A program made the translations under genes and the position numbers. Source: a virus (Duplodnaviria; Caudoviricetes). From it: a stretch of 64,000 bases of DNA. Below are positions 48,005 through 58,068 of the stretch, piece after piece; the first letter of the stretch is position 1; each line of letters begins with the position of its first letter. The notes beneath the pieces are model-generated. The model saw only the letters and a list, made by a program, of their open reading frames with translations. It did no database searches and was not told the origin of the DNA. Location: positions 64,001 to 128,000 of IMG/VR virus record IMGVR_UViG_3300048762_000252; one strand, 5' to 3'.

Positions 48005-48639
48005 TAATAACCTCCTTGTTTATTAATAATTCTATAAATAGTTCCTCTGGATATTTTGTATTCATTCGCAAGTAAAGTTTGCTTTTCTCCATTTAAAATT
48101 CTTTTTCTAATGTTATTTGCCTCTTCCGACGTGAATCGTCTTTTTAATTCACTTAATCTTTGCTTAGTTTCTAATGTGTGGTGCTTTCCCTTTCTAAAAG
48201 TATTACCTTTGACATATTGTTTGCCTTTACTTACTGCACCAATTCGTAATTTAGTTTCTGAAGTATGTTTATAACCTAAAGCACATTGATTTCCTTTATG
48301 TGCATTACTCATTTTATTTTTTGTTTCAAAAGAATGCTTCATTCCAAGAGAATTCCCTGCGGTAGTACATAAATTATATTGTTTTCCACTAGAAAAAGCC
48401 GCATCAAGATACGATTGTTCCACAACAATTAATTTATTTTTTGCAACATATTCGACCACAACAAATACAAATGCATCGTATCCGTCTTTATCCCAAGCCC
48501 GTTGAAGGTACTTATTGTGATGAACCCCTTTTGACAATTGGGATCGATGCTCATTCCATCTTTGTCGCAAATCGATTGTAGAACCAACATAATATTTTGT
48601 TGATTTTGTATTGACGATATTGTAAATTCCAGATTTCAT
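48004..48639 (-). CDS. GIY-YIG homing endonuclease
   Basis: SGIYNI...YYVGS, NUMOD3 repeats, C-terminal HTH. Confidence 0.9.
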   Translation of the reverse strand: MKSGIYNIVNTKSTKYYVGSTIDLRQRWNEHRSQLSKGVHHNKYLQRAWDKDGYDAFVFVVVEYVAKNKLIVVEQSYLDAAFSSGKQYNLCTTAGNSLGMKHSFETKNKMSNAHKGNQCALGYKHTSETKLRIGAVSKGKQYVKGNTFRKGKHHTLETKQRLSELKRRFTSEEANNIRKRILNGEKQTLLANEYKISRGTIYRIINKQGGY

Positions 48640-49151
48640 CAAACACATTGCCATATGCCGTTTTGTGAGATATAGAATTTAAACAAAGTTTTCTCTACTT
48701 TGAAAAATGGCTCATTTCTTGTGCCAATTCGAGTGTCTTTGTTTCTCTGATTTGCTTCAAGAACATTTTTCATCTCTGTCATGCAGAGAGCATCATATGT
48801 GCGGTTGCACATGATAAAAATATCTGCTTTGCTCTTCTTCTTTCGTTCTGAAACATCTACAGTTGAATAGATTCGGCCTTCTGGATATTTTTCTGAAGTA
48901 ACTAGAAATGTGCCATCAGTGGAAATCCATCCAAGTTTATGTTCCGTTTCCACGTGATTGGGTTTACCGGTATATAGAATTTCAAAATCCCAATCTCCAT
49001 AGCAATTTGGTTGATTTTCGATTGGTACAGCAAGGAAATACTTGCTGCTTCTCTGCATCAAAAACTCTGCGGAAATTTTCTTGCACATCGGATCGCTATA
49101 ATCGCTATCTTTCTGTGAATATATTTTGTGTTGTCCGTCTGTGTAACTCAC
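48639..49151 (-). CDS. PD-(D/E)xK nuclease-like protein
   Basis: WDF...VETEHK..W pattern. Confidence 0.55.
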   Translation of the reverse strand: MSYTDGQHKIYSQKDSDYSDPMCKKISAEFLMQRSSKYFLAVPIENQPNCYGDWDFEILYTGKPNHVETEHKLGWISTDGTFLVTSEKYPEGRIYSTVDVSERKKKSKADIFIMCNRTYDALCMTEMKNVLEANQRNKDTRIGTRNEPFFKVEKTLFKFYISQNGIWQCV

Positions 49152-49170
49152 TTAGCACGCTCCATATTTC

Positions 49171-49282
49171 TCTTATTAAACCACGGAATTTAAATCTGTC
49201 AATCGAAGAACTCAGACAAAGAAGCCCGTGGCTGTGTGCCCCATCCAATAGCCGATAAAATTAACTGAAGAGGGTCTAGGAA
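49171..49282. repeat. diverged second copy of the DNA polymerase 3' end plus downstream promoter
   Basis: 112 bp, about 15 mismatches to 49920-50031; encodes FLDPLQLILSAIGWGTQPRASLSEFFD*. Confidence 0.95.
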
Positions 49283-49599
49283 GCACGTCCAGGACATTTG
49301 TCAATTGCACTCAGTGTCGTCTTAGCATTTTTGAATAGGAACAATTCTATTCCAATATCGGGATAACCACGCTCTCTAGATTTGGATTGGTGCTCGTCTC
49401 CATCAATAAGACCGTCCGTACCACCGAAATCATCTTGGTCTAGAACATGTTCTAACGACGATCCGTTGCGTTTTGCAAGAACCTCTAACACCCTCCATTC
49501 GATACTTTTGCCTATGCGAACACGATCTGGTTTTGGGAGTTTTGCGAATGATGCACCGTATTCTGGTGGTATCGGCATTCCGGGCATTGGACTACTCAT
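49276..49599 (-). pseudogene. probably truncated PD-(D/E)xK-like gene
   Basis: GTDGLIDG...QSKSR; frame ends at the repeat junction. Confidence 0.45.
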
Positions 49600-49916
49600 T
49601 TGGTCCTCTCAATATAGCCCAATGCTATATTCGCATCCAGCATCAAAGCGCAACCACCGGTTTCCTGGTCATCCCAGTCCGCATGAATTTTATTTCCCAC
49701 AAAGACGCCATTCCTGCGAAGGTTCTTCATGAATTTGCGGCGGCGGGTCTCAGGAATTTGTACCGTCTTGTTTGCTCGATTTGGGCCATCTACAAGCGCC
49801 CCTAACAGAAGAAGAACGGCATCACGAGAGTCTTCATTTTCCTTCTCTTTCAGTGTCGGGTCCATCCGGTACACTTCTTTCAAGATTTGGGTTTTAGTCA
49901 TTTGTTTTTGATTCAT
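49596..49916 (-). CDS. hypothetical protein
   Basis: ATG 7 nt after TTGACA-16-TTTAAT promoter overlapping the pol stop. Confidence 0.6.
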   Translation of the reverse strand: MNQKQMTKTQILKEVYRMDPTLKEKENEDSRDAVLLLLGALVDGPNRANKTVQIPETRRRKFMKNLRRNGVFVGNKIHADWDDQETGGCALMLDANIALGYIERTK

Positions 49917-49947
49917 AGTTCTTATTAAACCACGGAATCCGAATTTG

Positions 49948-52900
49948 TCAATCAAAGAACTCAGACAAAGAAGCTCGTGGTTGTGTGTCCCATCCAATAG
50001 CCGATAAAATCAATTGGAGTGGTTCTAAAAAACTTTTAGAAAATTGTGTTTCCCAATCAATATACTGATGCATTCCAAACTCAGTAGGAACAGAAGTAGA
50101 AAACGCCATTGCATTAACATTCACCGAATTAGGTTCCAAAAGATAGAAGAACTTTATCTTCTCACCATCTTTGATTTTTGAATACTTGCCGTCCAGATTG
50201 TATTTGTCGATAAGACTGTTATAGACCAGCACACCTTTAGTATGGAATGGAGTGCCTTTGGTGTAGATAGTTTTTGGATCGCCATACTTTTCCAAACCAT
50301 TAACACTACGTGGAAAACTTACATCTTCAATGCGCTGCTGTTTGAACTTTTTCTTTGTGTCTTTTACAAACTTAAAGATAGCCTGTTGATCTTTCTCCAT
50401 GATGATAGTCACAGCTTCTTTCATAGCGTCTCGACAAAATTTTGGCACGCTAGACTTAGCAATTTCTACACCCATTATTTTTAATTCTGCCGGGTCTTTA
50501 CGGATGCCTTCCTTGTCACGAACATTCACAAGGTAACGCTTTTTTGCAGTCCAGATGCCCTTGTCGCCAATGACTTCACGGTTCATGAGCAAATACTCAC
50601 CCACGCCATTTAAATAGCGTTCGGTAAGCAGCCGGAATAAACGGTTGATCTCTTTCTGAATGGCTTCTTTGCAAAGATTATCCACAAAGTCAACTTTCTC
50701 CATTGTGGTTCCATTTGGACAGAATTTGTCCACCGCAGTTTTAAGTGCAAGGTACACTGAATCTGTATCACTATAGATAACGAATTTTTGTGGCGGGTCA
50801 CATTTTAATTTTTTGTTCAAATACGCATCTAAACCACGCCCGATGTATTGAATAATGAACTGACCGGTAGTGGTAACTGCTTCAGCATTTTTTACATCAA
50901 ACCAGCGTGCATACTCGTTTCCTAGACTGCCATAAAGCGCATTCAACATAATTTTCATGGCGTGCTGTTTCAGATCATAGATAGAAATTTCCGTCTCTAA
51001 TTCTGATTTGCGGGTTTGATACACCATTTGCACATCGCCATCTACTTCGGAGTCTGATGGTGCTACCAATTGTGCCAGTGTTTTTTTGGCTTCCTTCAAT
51101 TTCTTCCTATACTCCAACCGATTCTGAAACAATTCTTCTATCATGACGCTGTAAAATGATTTTGGATCACGCCGATAGAATACACCATTAGCACCTACAG
51201 CAACATCTTTTATCTTCAATTCTTCCCATAATTCTTCTGTCATGCCTGCTACAATGGCATCTGGGTTAACATTCATCTTGCCTTCATCGTCAGCAATCAT
51301 AAGATGAGAATCCAAGTATGTCTGATACTTTCGCATAAGCGGCGTCAGTTCTTTATATGTTAACTTGGTTTCCATACCAATATTAAGTGTCTGCATAAGC
51401 CGTGGATAAAGCGATTGTACATCTTCGGCTACAATCCACTCATACATACCCGGTACTGGCTGCATTACAAACGCACCTGTAAATTGTGCAGTTTTGCTAA
51501 CTTCGCTTTTCTGTGGAATGACCACACCTTGTGCCAATAAGTGATTACAAATTAGCGTATCCCATGTTCGTACCTGTGAAAGTACATCCACAACATTGAC
51601 ATGAGCGTGATAGGCAACAATCAATTGAAGCTCAATTAGTTTGCGCTTGGCATCAATACGATCTACCAACCGGACATCATGAATGTTGTACTCAATAAAT
51701 TTCTTGAAATCGTTCTCGTAGAGCGCACTCAAGCTGCCGTATTCGCTGTAGTCTAACTTACGTTCCTTTAATTCGACTTCAGCAATGTAATCGAGACGAT
51801 AGCTTTCCCGTGGTTCCAAGACATTCTTGCGATAGATTAACAGGTAGTCGAGTACAGACAGACCAACCACATCATAAACTACTTCGACTTTGTTGTAGAC
51901 ATTAATAGTAGATTCCCTAATTTGATTCCACGGAGACAGGCGCTTGGCATCGTCTGAAGACATGATGCGAGAGATACGATTGATAAGATACGGAATATCA
52001 TAAAGACGACAATTATGAACATGAACCCCTTGTGTGACAAAATAGTGTGTTGAAGTTTCAATATCTTGCATTTCAACATACTTTGTGGTCGGAGTAACAC
52101 TGTCGATTTTCACCCAGTACGATTTCAAATCTTCTGCAAAAGCAAGTTTAAGTTTTTTGCTGCTGCTTCTCTGTCTTGAAAAAGGAATAATAGATGTTAA
52201 ACGATCCGCCTTAATGGGATGATGTAAACACAGTCCGTCTAAAAATACTGAATTTATTGTGTCGTGCGGAATACTAACTCTATTGTTATACACATAAGCA
52301 ACGACACCATTCCAATTTAGTAATTCTTGAATTGCTTCACGGTTATGCCGATGAACATTAGCAATACTTACTTCGCCATCAATAGTAATATGACCATCCC
52401 CATCAATCAATCCAGAAACGAACGCTTGAAATTGTTCATTTGATAAAATTGACAATGCAGAGACATTTAATCGTTTGCAGCCTGTCACTGTATCAAAGAT
52501 TAAAGGCAGCAATGGTTTGAGTGGACACCGATCATGTATGTTGATCCTTGTGCGTTTCACATTATCTTTATCTTCTGTTATGCCGTCGCCGGATCTACAT
52601 GTCATTCGAGCGGGATTTTTCCATGATTGAAATATGCTGTGTATTTGCTCAAATAATTTTGGCTGTTTGTTGTAAAAAGACACAATTTTGTTTGTTAGGT
52701 CATACGAACCGTCAGTAAACAAGCATCCAATTAAATGACAGATTTCATTTGATACTGGCTCTTTCGTAACAGGATGACAGAAGGCTTTGTTGTCATTCGT
52801 ACCAAGAAAAACTTGGCAATATACATCCTCGTTTTTTAATAGCTGGCAAATGTCTCGTACAGTCAGATCACCCCCAATTGACTTGTCTTTCAAAGTTCCA

Positions 52901-53715
52901 GTAAGTTTTGAATAATTTTGCGGATGCTTCCACCTTATAGGGAAGATGTGATCTTTAGAAGATTCAATTGTACGGCCATCTGATAACTTAATTTTCCAGA
53001 TTGCCTTTTTTGATCTTGGAAACACCTGTCGCACTTCACCATTGAATAACTGGGCATTAGATTCAATTTCAGAAAGTTGTTTTATTTCATTCTTCGCCCA
53101 GACATGAGATGTGAGTGGCAAACAATTCCACCCGGTTACGATATCCGGCTCTACTGTCTCCCACAAATCCAAAAATTTGTCGAACAGGTCAAGCTCGTCT
53201 TCACATTGGTGATACTTGATTACAGTATCTTTATGCTCTTCGTTGTAAACAGATTCGTTGAATGGCTGGCAAGCAAATACATGAAAAACACCATCGGTAC
53301 TACATTTCATAGTGATGGCTTGGACTTCATTCAACGCATCTTTTGCTTCAGAGAACCCATGCTTGGATTCAACTTCAATATCCAGATTGCAAACGACTAA
53401 CTCACTCAATTTGTAGTCGATGTGAATTGGGTAAGTTTCGTTGATGTAGGCATATTCATAGCCGGTGTTGCCGTACACTCGGAAGTTATCTACACCTTTG
53501 TACTTCTGGAGAAATTGATAACATTCCTGCATTGTTCCCGGTTGGATTGGTTCTACAGGCGTGCCATCTGGTGCGTGAAGAGTGGATTTCTTGGTTGTGG
53601 TAATATAGAGTGTGGGTTTGTATTCGGTTTTGAACTTTCGACGTTTGCCGTCTTTGATCTCACGAACTAAAATGTGATTGCCTTGTCTTGCAACATGACT
53701 ATAGTACGAACTCAT
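49948..53715 (-). CDS. 43: family B DNA polymerase (T4 gp43-like), intein-containing
   Basis: LDIEV, TGWN..YDIPY, YNIHD, DVQSLYP, KIMLNALYG, YSDTDS, KKRY. Confidence 0.97.
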   Translation of the reverse strand: MSSYYSHVARQGNHILVREIKDGKRRKFKTEYKPTLYITTTKKSTLHAPDGTPVEPIQPGTMQECYQFLQKYKGVDNFRVYGNTGYEYAYINETYPIHIDYKLSELVVCNLDIEVESKHGFSEAKDALNEVQAITMKCSTDGVFHVFACQPFNESVYNEEHKDTVIKYHQCEDELDLFDKFLDLWETVEPDIVTGWNCLPLTSHVWAKNEIKQLSEIESNAQLFNGEVRQVFPRSKKAIWKIKLSDGRTIESSKDHIFPIRWKHPQNYSKLTGTLKDKSIGGDLTVRDICQLLKNEDVYCQVFLGTNDNKAFCHPVTKEPVSNEICHLIGCLFTDGSYDLTNKIVSFYNKQPKLFEQIHSIFQSWKNPARMTCRSGDGITEDKDNVKRTRINIHDRCPLKPLLPLIFDTVTGCKRLNVSALSILSNEQFQAFVSGLIDGDGHITIDGEVSIANVHRHNREAIQELLNWNGVVAYVYNNRVSIPHDTINSVFLDGLCLHHPIKADRLTSIIPFSRQRSSSKKLKLAFAEDLKSYWVKIDSVTPTTKYVEMQDIETSTHYFVTQGVHVHNCRLYDIPYLINRISRIMSSDDAKRLSPWNQIRESTINVYNKVEVVYDVVGLSVLDYLLIYRKNVLEPRESYRLDYIAEVELKERKLDYSEYGSLSALYENDFKKFIEYNIHDVRLVDRIDAKRKLIELQLIVAYHAHVNVVDVLSQVRTWDTLICNHLLAQGVVIPQKSEVSKTAQFTGAFVMQPVPGMYEWIVAEDVQSLYPRLMQTLNIGMETKLTYKELTPLMRKYQTYLDSHLMIADDEGKMNVNPDAIVAGMTEELWEELKIKDVAVGANGVFYRRDPKSFYSVMIEELFQNRLEYRKKLKEAKKTLAQLVAPSDSEVDGDVQMVYQTRKSELETEISIYDLKQHAMKIMLNALYGSLGNEYARWFDVKNAEAVTTTGQFIIQYIGRGLDAYLNKKLKCDPPQKFVIYSDTDSVYLALKTAVDKFCPNGTTMEKVDFVDNLCKEAIQKEINRLFRLLTERYLNGVGEYLLMNREVIGDKGIWTAKKRYLVNVRDKEGIRKDPAELKIMGVEIAKSSVPKFCRDAMKEAVTIIMEKDQQAIFKFVKDTKKKFKQQRIEDVSFPRSVNGLEKYGDPKTIYTKGTPFHTKGVLVYNSLIDKYNLDGKYSKIKDGEKIKFFYLLEPNSVNVNAMAFSTSVPTEFGMHQYIDWETQFSKSFLEPLQLILSAIGWDTQPRASLSEFFD
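52012..53124 (-). mobile_element. intein with LAGLIDADG endonuclease (371 aa) in polymerase Exo II motif
   Basis: GWN|CLPL ... VHVHN|CRLYD; GCLFTDG, GLIDGDG. Confidence 0.95.
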
Positions 53716-53787
53716 GATTTAGTCTACCATCGAACAAAAATTCGTCAAGTGCTGGACAAAATCAAAATCTATGGTAGGCTAAAGAAC

Positions 53788-54279
53788 GTGATTGAAATTG
53801 GCAAAGTATATTGTGATATGGATCAGGTACTTACCAACTTTTTGGGCGGCTCCCGCAAAGCACTTGGCCAAGAGTTTAACGATCCGTGTCTCGGTACTGA
53901 CCATGAAAAGTGGCTCATCCTCGCCAAAAATCCAACATTCTGGTTAGACTTGAAATGGATGCCCGGTGCCCATCAAATATGGGACCGAATTAAAAACAAA
54001 AATACATACATCTTGTCTGCGTGCCCACCCAAAGATGAAAATCCGCTTTGTCCTTCACAGAAAAAAGAATGGTGTCAACGTGAACTTGGCATTAGTTCAG
54101 ATCGGGTATTCACCGTTCAACGCAACGATAAGAAAAAATTTGCAATGAATGGACTGCCAAATCTTTTGATTGATGACCATTATGAAACCGTTGATGTGTG
54201 GCACCGAGCGGGAGGTTACGGCATCTGGCATCAAACTGTACCGGAAACTCTTATTGAACTTCAGCAATTTGGTTTATGA
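53788..54279 (+). CDS. HAD-family 5'(3')-deoxyribonucleotidase
   Basis: YCDMDQVL, ILS, K..W, LLIDD; GTG start. Confidence 0.85.
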   Translation: MIEIGKVYCDMDQVLTNFLGGSRKALGQEFNDPCLGTDHEKWLILAKNPTFWLDLKWMPGAHQIWDRIKNKNTYILSACPPKDENPLCPSQKKEWCQRELGISSDRVFTVQRNDKKKFAMNGLPNLLIDDHYETVDVWHRAGGYGIWHQTVPETLIELQQFGL

Positions 54280-54688
54280 GAGAATTCGATTCCTTCCAAA
54301 GCTGTATCAAACCTTTGTGAAAATTTGATGGCTTCTCTGCGATCATCATCTGAATTTGGTGAAAAGTGAACCATTCAATGAAGCTAGTTTCCCATTTGAA
54401 CATTTCATCAGGATTGAAATAAAACATTTCTGGAACCACGCCAATGAAATTATGGTACTCGAACCCATGCAATCGACAAACGAACGCCTTGTAGAGCTTT
54501 ATAGCGCCAATGTAGCCAGTTTCTTCGATAACCTCGATCACAGCGCTGTCTTCCGGCGACGATCCAGCTTTACACATGCCACCAATGACACACCAGCAAT
54601 TTCCTTTGTTGACTCTAGAAGAACGCCACGCTAGACAGATTTTTCCAGTGTCTTTTGCGATAGGTAAAATTCCACTAGCTGTGTTCAT
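54251..54688 (-). CDS. NUDIX hydrolase
   Basis: GG.....SPEDSAVIEVIEETGY Nudix box. Confidence 0.85.
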   Translation of the reverse strand: MNTASGILPIAKDTGKICLAWRSSRVNKGNCWCVIGGMCKAGSSPEDSAVIEVIEETGYIGAIKLYKAFVCRLHGFEYHNFIGVVPEMFYFNPDEMFKWETSFIEWFTFHQIQMMIAEKPSNFHKGLIQLWKESNSLINQIAEVQ

Positions 54689-55212
54689 CGTCTAAACCTT
54701 TTTTGCATTTCGGAATCAATCTCTGAAACTTTGTAACTTTCACCAGCATTTGGGCTTGCTCTAAATGTCGCAGTTCTCCAGGCTAGTGGCGAATCATCAT
54801 TTTCAGATGCACAATGAAGAGAAAACTCTTTGAGAATTTCGGCAAATTTTCGATAACCAGCGCCTCTTGTATCAAAAACAATTTTCTGTTTGTCCACCCA
54901 AATTAATAATGCAGCTTCGCCCCACTGATGCCAAGAATAACCGGGCAAAAGATTGGTTACGATATTGGTTTCTTGAGCAACAGCTTTCTGAAGACATTCG
55001 GCTAAGTACGGAGCTTTGGCGTCTTTGAGTGCCATCACTTTCAATTCTGCATCAATGCGGCTCCTACCTTGTTTCCACAAAGCAGCTTGTTCTAATGGAG
55101 TAATAATTGTGGTGAGAACTTCGATCTGAAGACCTTGACTTTTGGCCGCATCAAGGGCACAAATTAGTTGCTTACGAAATTGTGGGATGAGCAATGAGAT
55201 TTCTGAAGCCAT
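54685..55212 (-). CDS. peptidase M15-like protein (catalytic residues apparently incomplete)
   Basis: EQAALWKQGR...VTN..PGYSWHQWGEA; CTAAATA late promoter. Confidence 0.7.
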   Translation of the reverse strand: MASEISLLIPQFRKQLICALDAAKSQGLQIEVLTTIITPLEQAALWKQGRSRIDAELKVMALKDAKAPYLAECLQKAVAQETNIVTNLLPGYSWHQWGEAALLIWVDKQKIVFDTRGAGYRKFAEILKEFSLHCASENDDSPLAWRTATFRASPNAGESYKVSEIDSEMQKRFRR

Positions 55213-55230
55213 ACACCTATTTAGGTGAAA

Positions 55231-56157
55231 TCAAACTAGTTTTACACCCCAACCAAGTTTCTGCCGCAAAATTTGGTAGTATGTGAAAGACGGATTTACA
55301 ATTTCCATGCGATGAGAATTGCAGAAAACATCAACATTGCCATGCATCGGGCAAATTTCTTGGCCGTCTACCGAGACATAAAGATCATCACTTAATGGCT
55401 TGATGCGAATACGCACATCATTAGAAAGAACGAGAGGTCGTTGGGATAGACCTTGTGGACAGATCGGCGTGATTACGATGTTCTCGCAACTTGGGTGAAT
55501 AATTGGCCCGCCAGCGGACAAGTTGTATGCCGTGCTGCCGGTAGGAGTCGAAACAATCAAACCGTCTGCTCGATATTCACAAACAAGCTCCAGTTTGGCC
55601 TGCTGCACGCTTGCAATAGTTCGATCAGCAGCGTCACGAGCCTTGTCTTCGGCAACGCCCAGTTTAGTCCTGTTGAAATCGTACTTCGCTCGCCATAGCT
55701 CATCGAGTGCGCCGGGTTCCTGGTAATCTGGACCATCTCGATCCATGACATAAACGCCCACCTTTACCAATTTGGCAAGCTGATTTTTCGAAATGACAAC
55801 TTCGTTTACGGCGTTGTATTCTCTGAACTTGTCCAGCGGTCTGAATGGCACGACCCGGACTCGCAATGTACGTCGCTTTGTGAGCGTATAGGAGCCTTGT
55901 AGGAAACTTTTGATAGCTTCCTGGTAGTTTTCCTTGTCCGTGCTTGTCAGGAAGCCTAGATGCCCTGTATTGATCACCAAAATGGGATTGGGAACACCTT
56001 TCCGGCCAGCCGCCAACACGGAGCCATCGCCACCAAGCACTATGGTAAAATCGGCAGCGTCCATATCATAGGAACAGGCCACACCCATTGTTGAAAGAAA
56101 CGACACGACATCCGCTTCAATAGTGGAGTTCTTTAATGCAAAAATGTACGCTTTCAT
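55231..56157 (-). CDS. nadK: NAD kinase
   Basis: LGGDGS, INTGHLGFL, VNE, DGLIVSTPTGSTAYNLSAGGP, VDG. Confidence 0.95.
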   Translation of the reverse strand: MKAYIFALKNSTIEADVVSFLSTMGVACSYDMDAADFTIVLGGDGSVLAAGRKGVPNPILVINTGHLGFLTSTDKENYQEAIKSFLQGSYTLTKRRTLRVRVVPFRPLDKFREYNAVNEVVISKNQLAKLVKVGVYVMDRDGPDYQEPGALDELWRAKYDFNRTKLGVAEDKARDAADRTIASVQQAKLELVCEYRADGLIVSTPTGSTAYNLSAGGPIIHPSCENIVITPICPQGLSQRPLVLSNDVRIRIKPLSDDLYVSVDGQEICPMHGNVDVFCNSHRMEIVNPSFTYYQILRQKLGWGVKLV

Positions 56158-56468
56158 TTTCCAGCCGTCATCACCATCGTCACGGCGGCATTCACGGGTA
56201 CGCCGTTGCCTTCCTTCAGCCATTCCACCACGGAATTCTGAATGATGGTGAATGTGATAAACTCCAGACTTTTGGAATGCTGTTCTTTGAGACATGCCAG
56301 CAATTCGGACGGCCATTCCCGGTAATCCGACTGCAAAATGCGAATGCGCTGGCGCTCTTGTTGGACCGTAAGGCCCCATCTCTCCGCACCGGCTTCAAGC
56401 TCTTCGTCGGTGTAGAGTTCCCATTGCGGTTTTGCTTTCTGAATCACAACGCTCCTTTGTAGAAACAC
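56154..56468 (-). CDS. hypothetical protein
   Basis: TTGACA-17-TAGGAT upstream; ATGA coupling to nadK. Confidence 0.55.
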   Translation of the reverse strand: MFLQRSVVIQKAKPQWELYTDEELEAGAERWGLTVQQERQRIRILQSDYREWPSELLACLKEQHSKSLEFITFTIIQNSVVEWLKEGNGVPVNAAVTMVMTAGK

Positions 56469-56520
56469 GAATCTACAATCCTATCACAATGCCGCAAGTT
56501 CTGTCAAGCGGCTTTCCACT

Positions 56521-56706
56521 TCAAATCGTCACCACTTCCAAAGCCTTAACGTAGTCTGCGGATTCCTGGACCGAAAAACCATTTTCGCCGAGATATTCCA
56601 AGGCATCGTCAGGAGTGAAGAGGACATCGCTCAACCGGATATGGCCGAAAGAGTACTCACCCGAAAAGCGGATTTTGGCGTCTGGAAGGACTGCTGTAGT
56701 AGTCAT
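56521..56706 (-). CDS. hypothetical protein
   Basis: TTGACT-17-TATTCT-6nt-ATG. Confidence 0.65.
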   Translation of the reverse strand: MTTTAVLPDAKIRFSGEYSFGHIRLSDVLFTPDDALEYLGENGFSVQESADYVKALEVVTI

Positions 56707-57033
56707 GGTTTAAGAATAGCAGAAACCACGAAGAAAGTCAATAGGTACATCTAACTTTTACGGCTTTTACCGGCTTGGAAATCGTTGCAGGATATGGAGT
56801 TGCCGGTTGGACCAACACCCAAGAGAGTTCTTGCTTTATTTCGTCCACATTTTTCCGTCCAGGTTTAACTTCACCATGTGCGACAATTTTTTCCATGAAA
56901 GCGATGCGAACGATGACGACCATCCGATTAAATTCAACATTTTTTCACGGGTAAACTTATCCGAAGCGGCCCATTTCTCTTGAGCCGAAACGGTCTTTTC
57001 TTCTTGCATAATAGCAATCATATACCTATTTTA

Positions 57034-58068
57034 TCACAACTGAAGTATATGTGTCAACTTCAAACCATTTTTAACAACCGGTCGATTTTTCCAGCCATGT
57101 GTCGTTTGAACATGGTGTGCTCGAACATATTTTGCCACAGATTTTCTAAAGCTGCCGTAAGGAAATGACTCGGCAACTCGAACCACATAGCCTTCGTGGT
57201 GATCCGTATCTGTTGGTGCCAGGGAACGGACTTTCTCTTCGTCCCAAATGCCACGCCAAATTACCGGCACAGTGGCTAAGTCAAGCACAGCGGCATATTC
57301 AACAGTGTCGTCCCAAGATAGACAAATATTGTTTTCATCCCAAATCGAGAACACCAAAAAGTATGATAGCAAATCGCTGTATGGAATTGAATGGAGTGCA
57401 TACACATTTTCTCCACATATTCTCAAATCACCTATATCGTAACAAATTCGACCATGAAGATTTTTTACCCATCCTCTACTTTCGTGGTTGTCTGTGTCGA
57501 GAGAACGAGCATGAATATGATCGTTGTACATGGTAGTGTTTTCGCCGTCCATTTTTTCAGTGACCACAACTTCCCGACCTTCAAATACTGAGGTTGAAGG
57601 AAGTACTCTATCGTCAGATGTTAGGCCGGGAGAATTTGGTAAGTGGAATGTCCTTGGGTACTTCACATACTTTCGAAAAAGCAGCAAAACTCCACCAGCC
57701 TTCAAAACTTTTTGAACGGATTCGTCGTTGAACAATTCGCCTTTAGTTCTTGTGCCATCGGCGTGGATGATGTTGCTCCATTTATCATAGTTGTATTCGT
57801 CGTACAAGTGCTCTGGTAAATGGATTTTTGTGATACCAACTGCCGCTCGGAGTTCATCACACGAAAGAATAGTCATCTCTGCTTTCATATGGCACGTTGG
57901 ATCACAGAGCGTAACGCCATTGTCTAGGTAGTAGCCGCCATCGTCCCACAAGCGACGTTCCAGAATGTGATGAGAGTCGAGTTTGCCAGTATTACCACAA
58001 ATGACACACTTATGGTGATCCCGTTCCAATACTGCATTTCGAAATGTATCACGATCCAATAGTTGCAT
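57034..58068 (-). CDS. ATP-dependent RNA ligase with N-terminal HNH domain
   Basis: RD.HKCVIC...DSHHI...NGVTLC; KYPRT.HLP, EKMDGEN, GEN, EGYVVR, KYVR. Confidence 0.85.
   Translation of the reverse strand: MQLLDRDTFRNAVLERDHHKCVICGNTGKLDSHHILERRLWDDGGYYLDNGVTLCDPTCHMKAEMTILSCDELRAAVGITKIHLPEHLYDEYNYDKWSNIIHADGTRTKGELFNDESVQKVLKAGGVLLLFRKYVKYPRTFHLPNSPGLTSDDRVLPSTSVFEGREVVVTEKMDGENTTMYNDHIHARSLDTDNHESRGWVKNLHGRICYDIGDLRICGENVYALHSIPYSDLLSYFLVFSIWDENNICLSWDDTVEYAAVLDLATVPVIWRGIWDEEKVRSLAPTDTDHHEGYVVRVAESFPYGSFRKSVAKYVRAHHVQTTHGWKNRPVVKNGLKLTHILQL

Noticed and set aside
3803-48639. Group I introns housing the endonuclease genes
   Set aside because: Flanking genes are complete on either side and no intron core elements were recognisable; the endonucleases appear free-standing.
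49171-50031. Diversity-generating retroelement TR/VR pair
   Set aside because: Mismatches are bidirectional, mostly synonymous transitions rather than adenine-specific, and no reverse transcriptase is in the window.
55231-56379. N-terminal extension of NAD kinase in the ORF track
   Set aside because: It overlaps the upstream gene; ATGA coupling supports the start at 56157.
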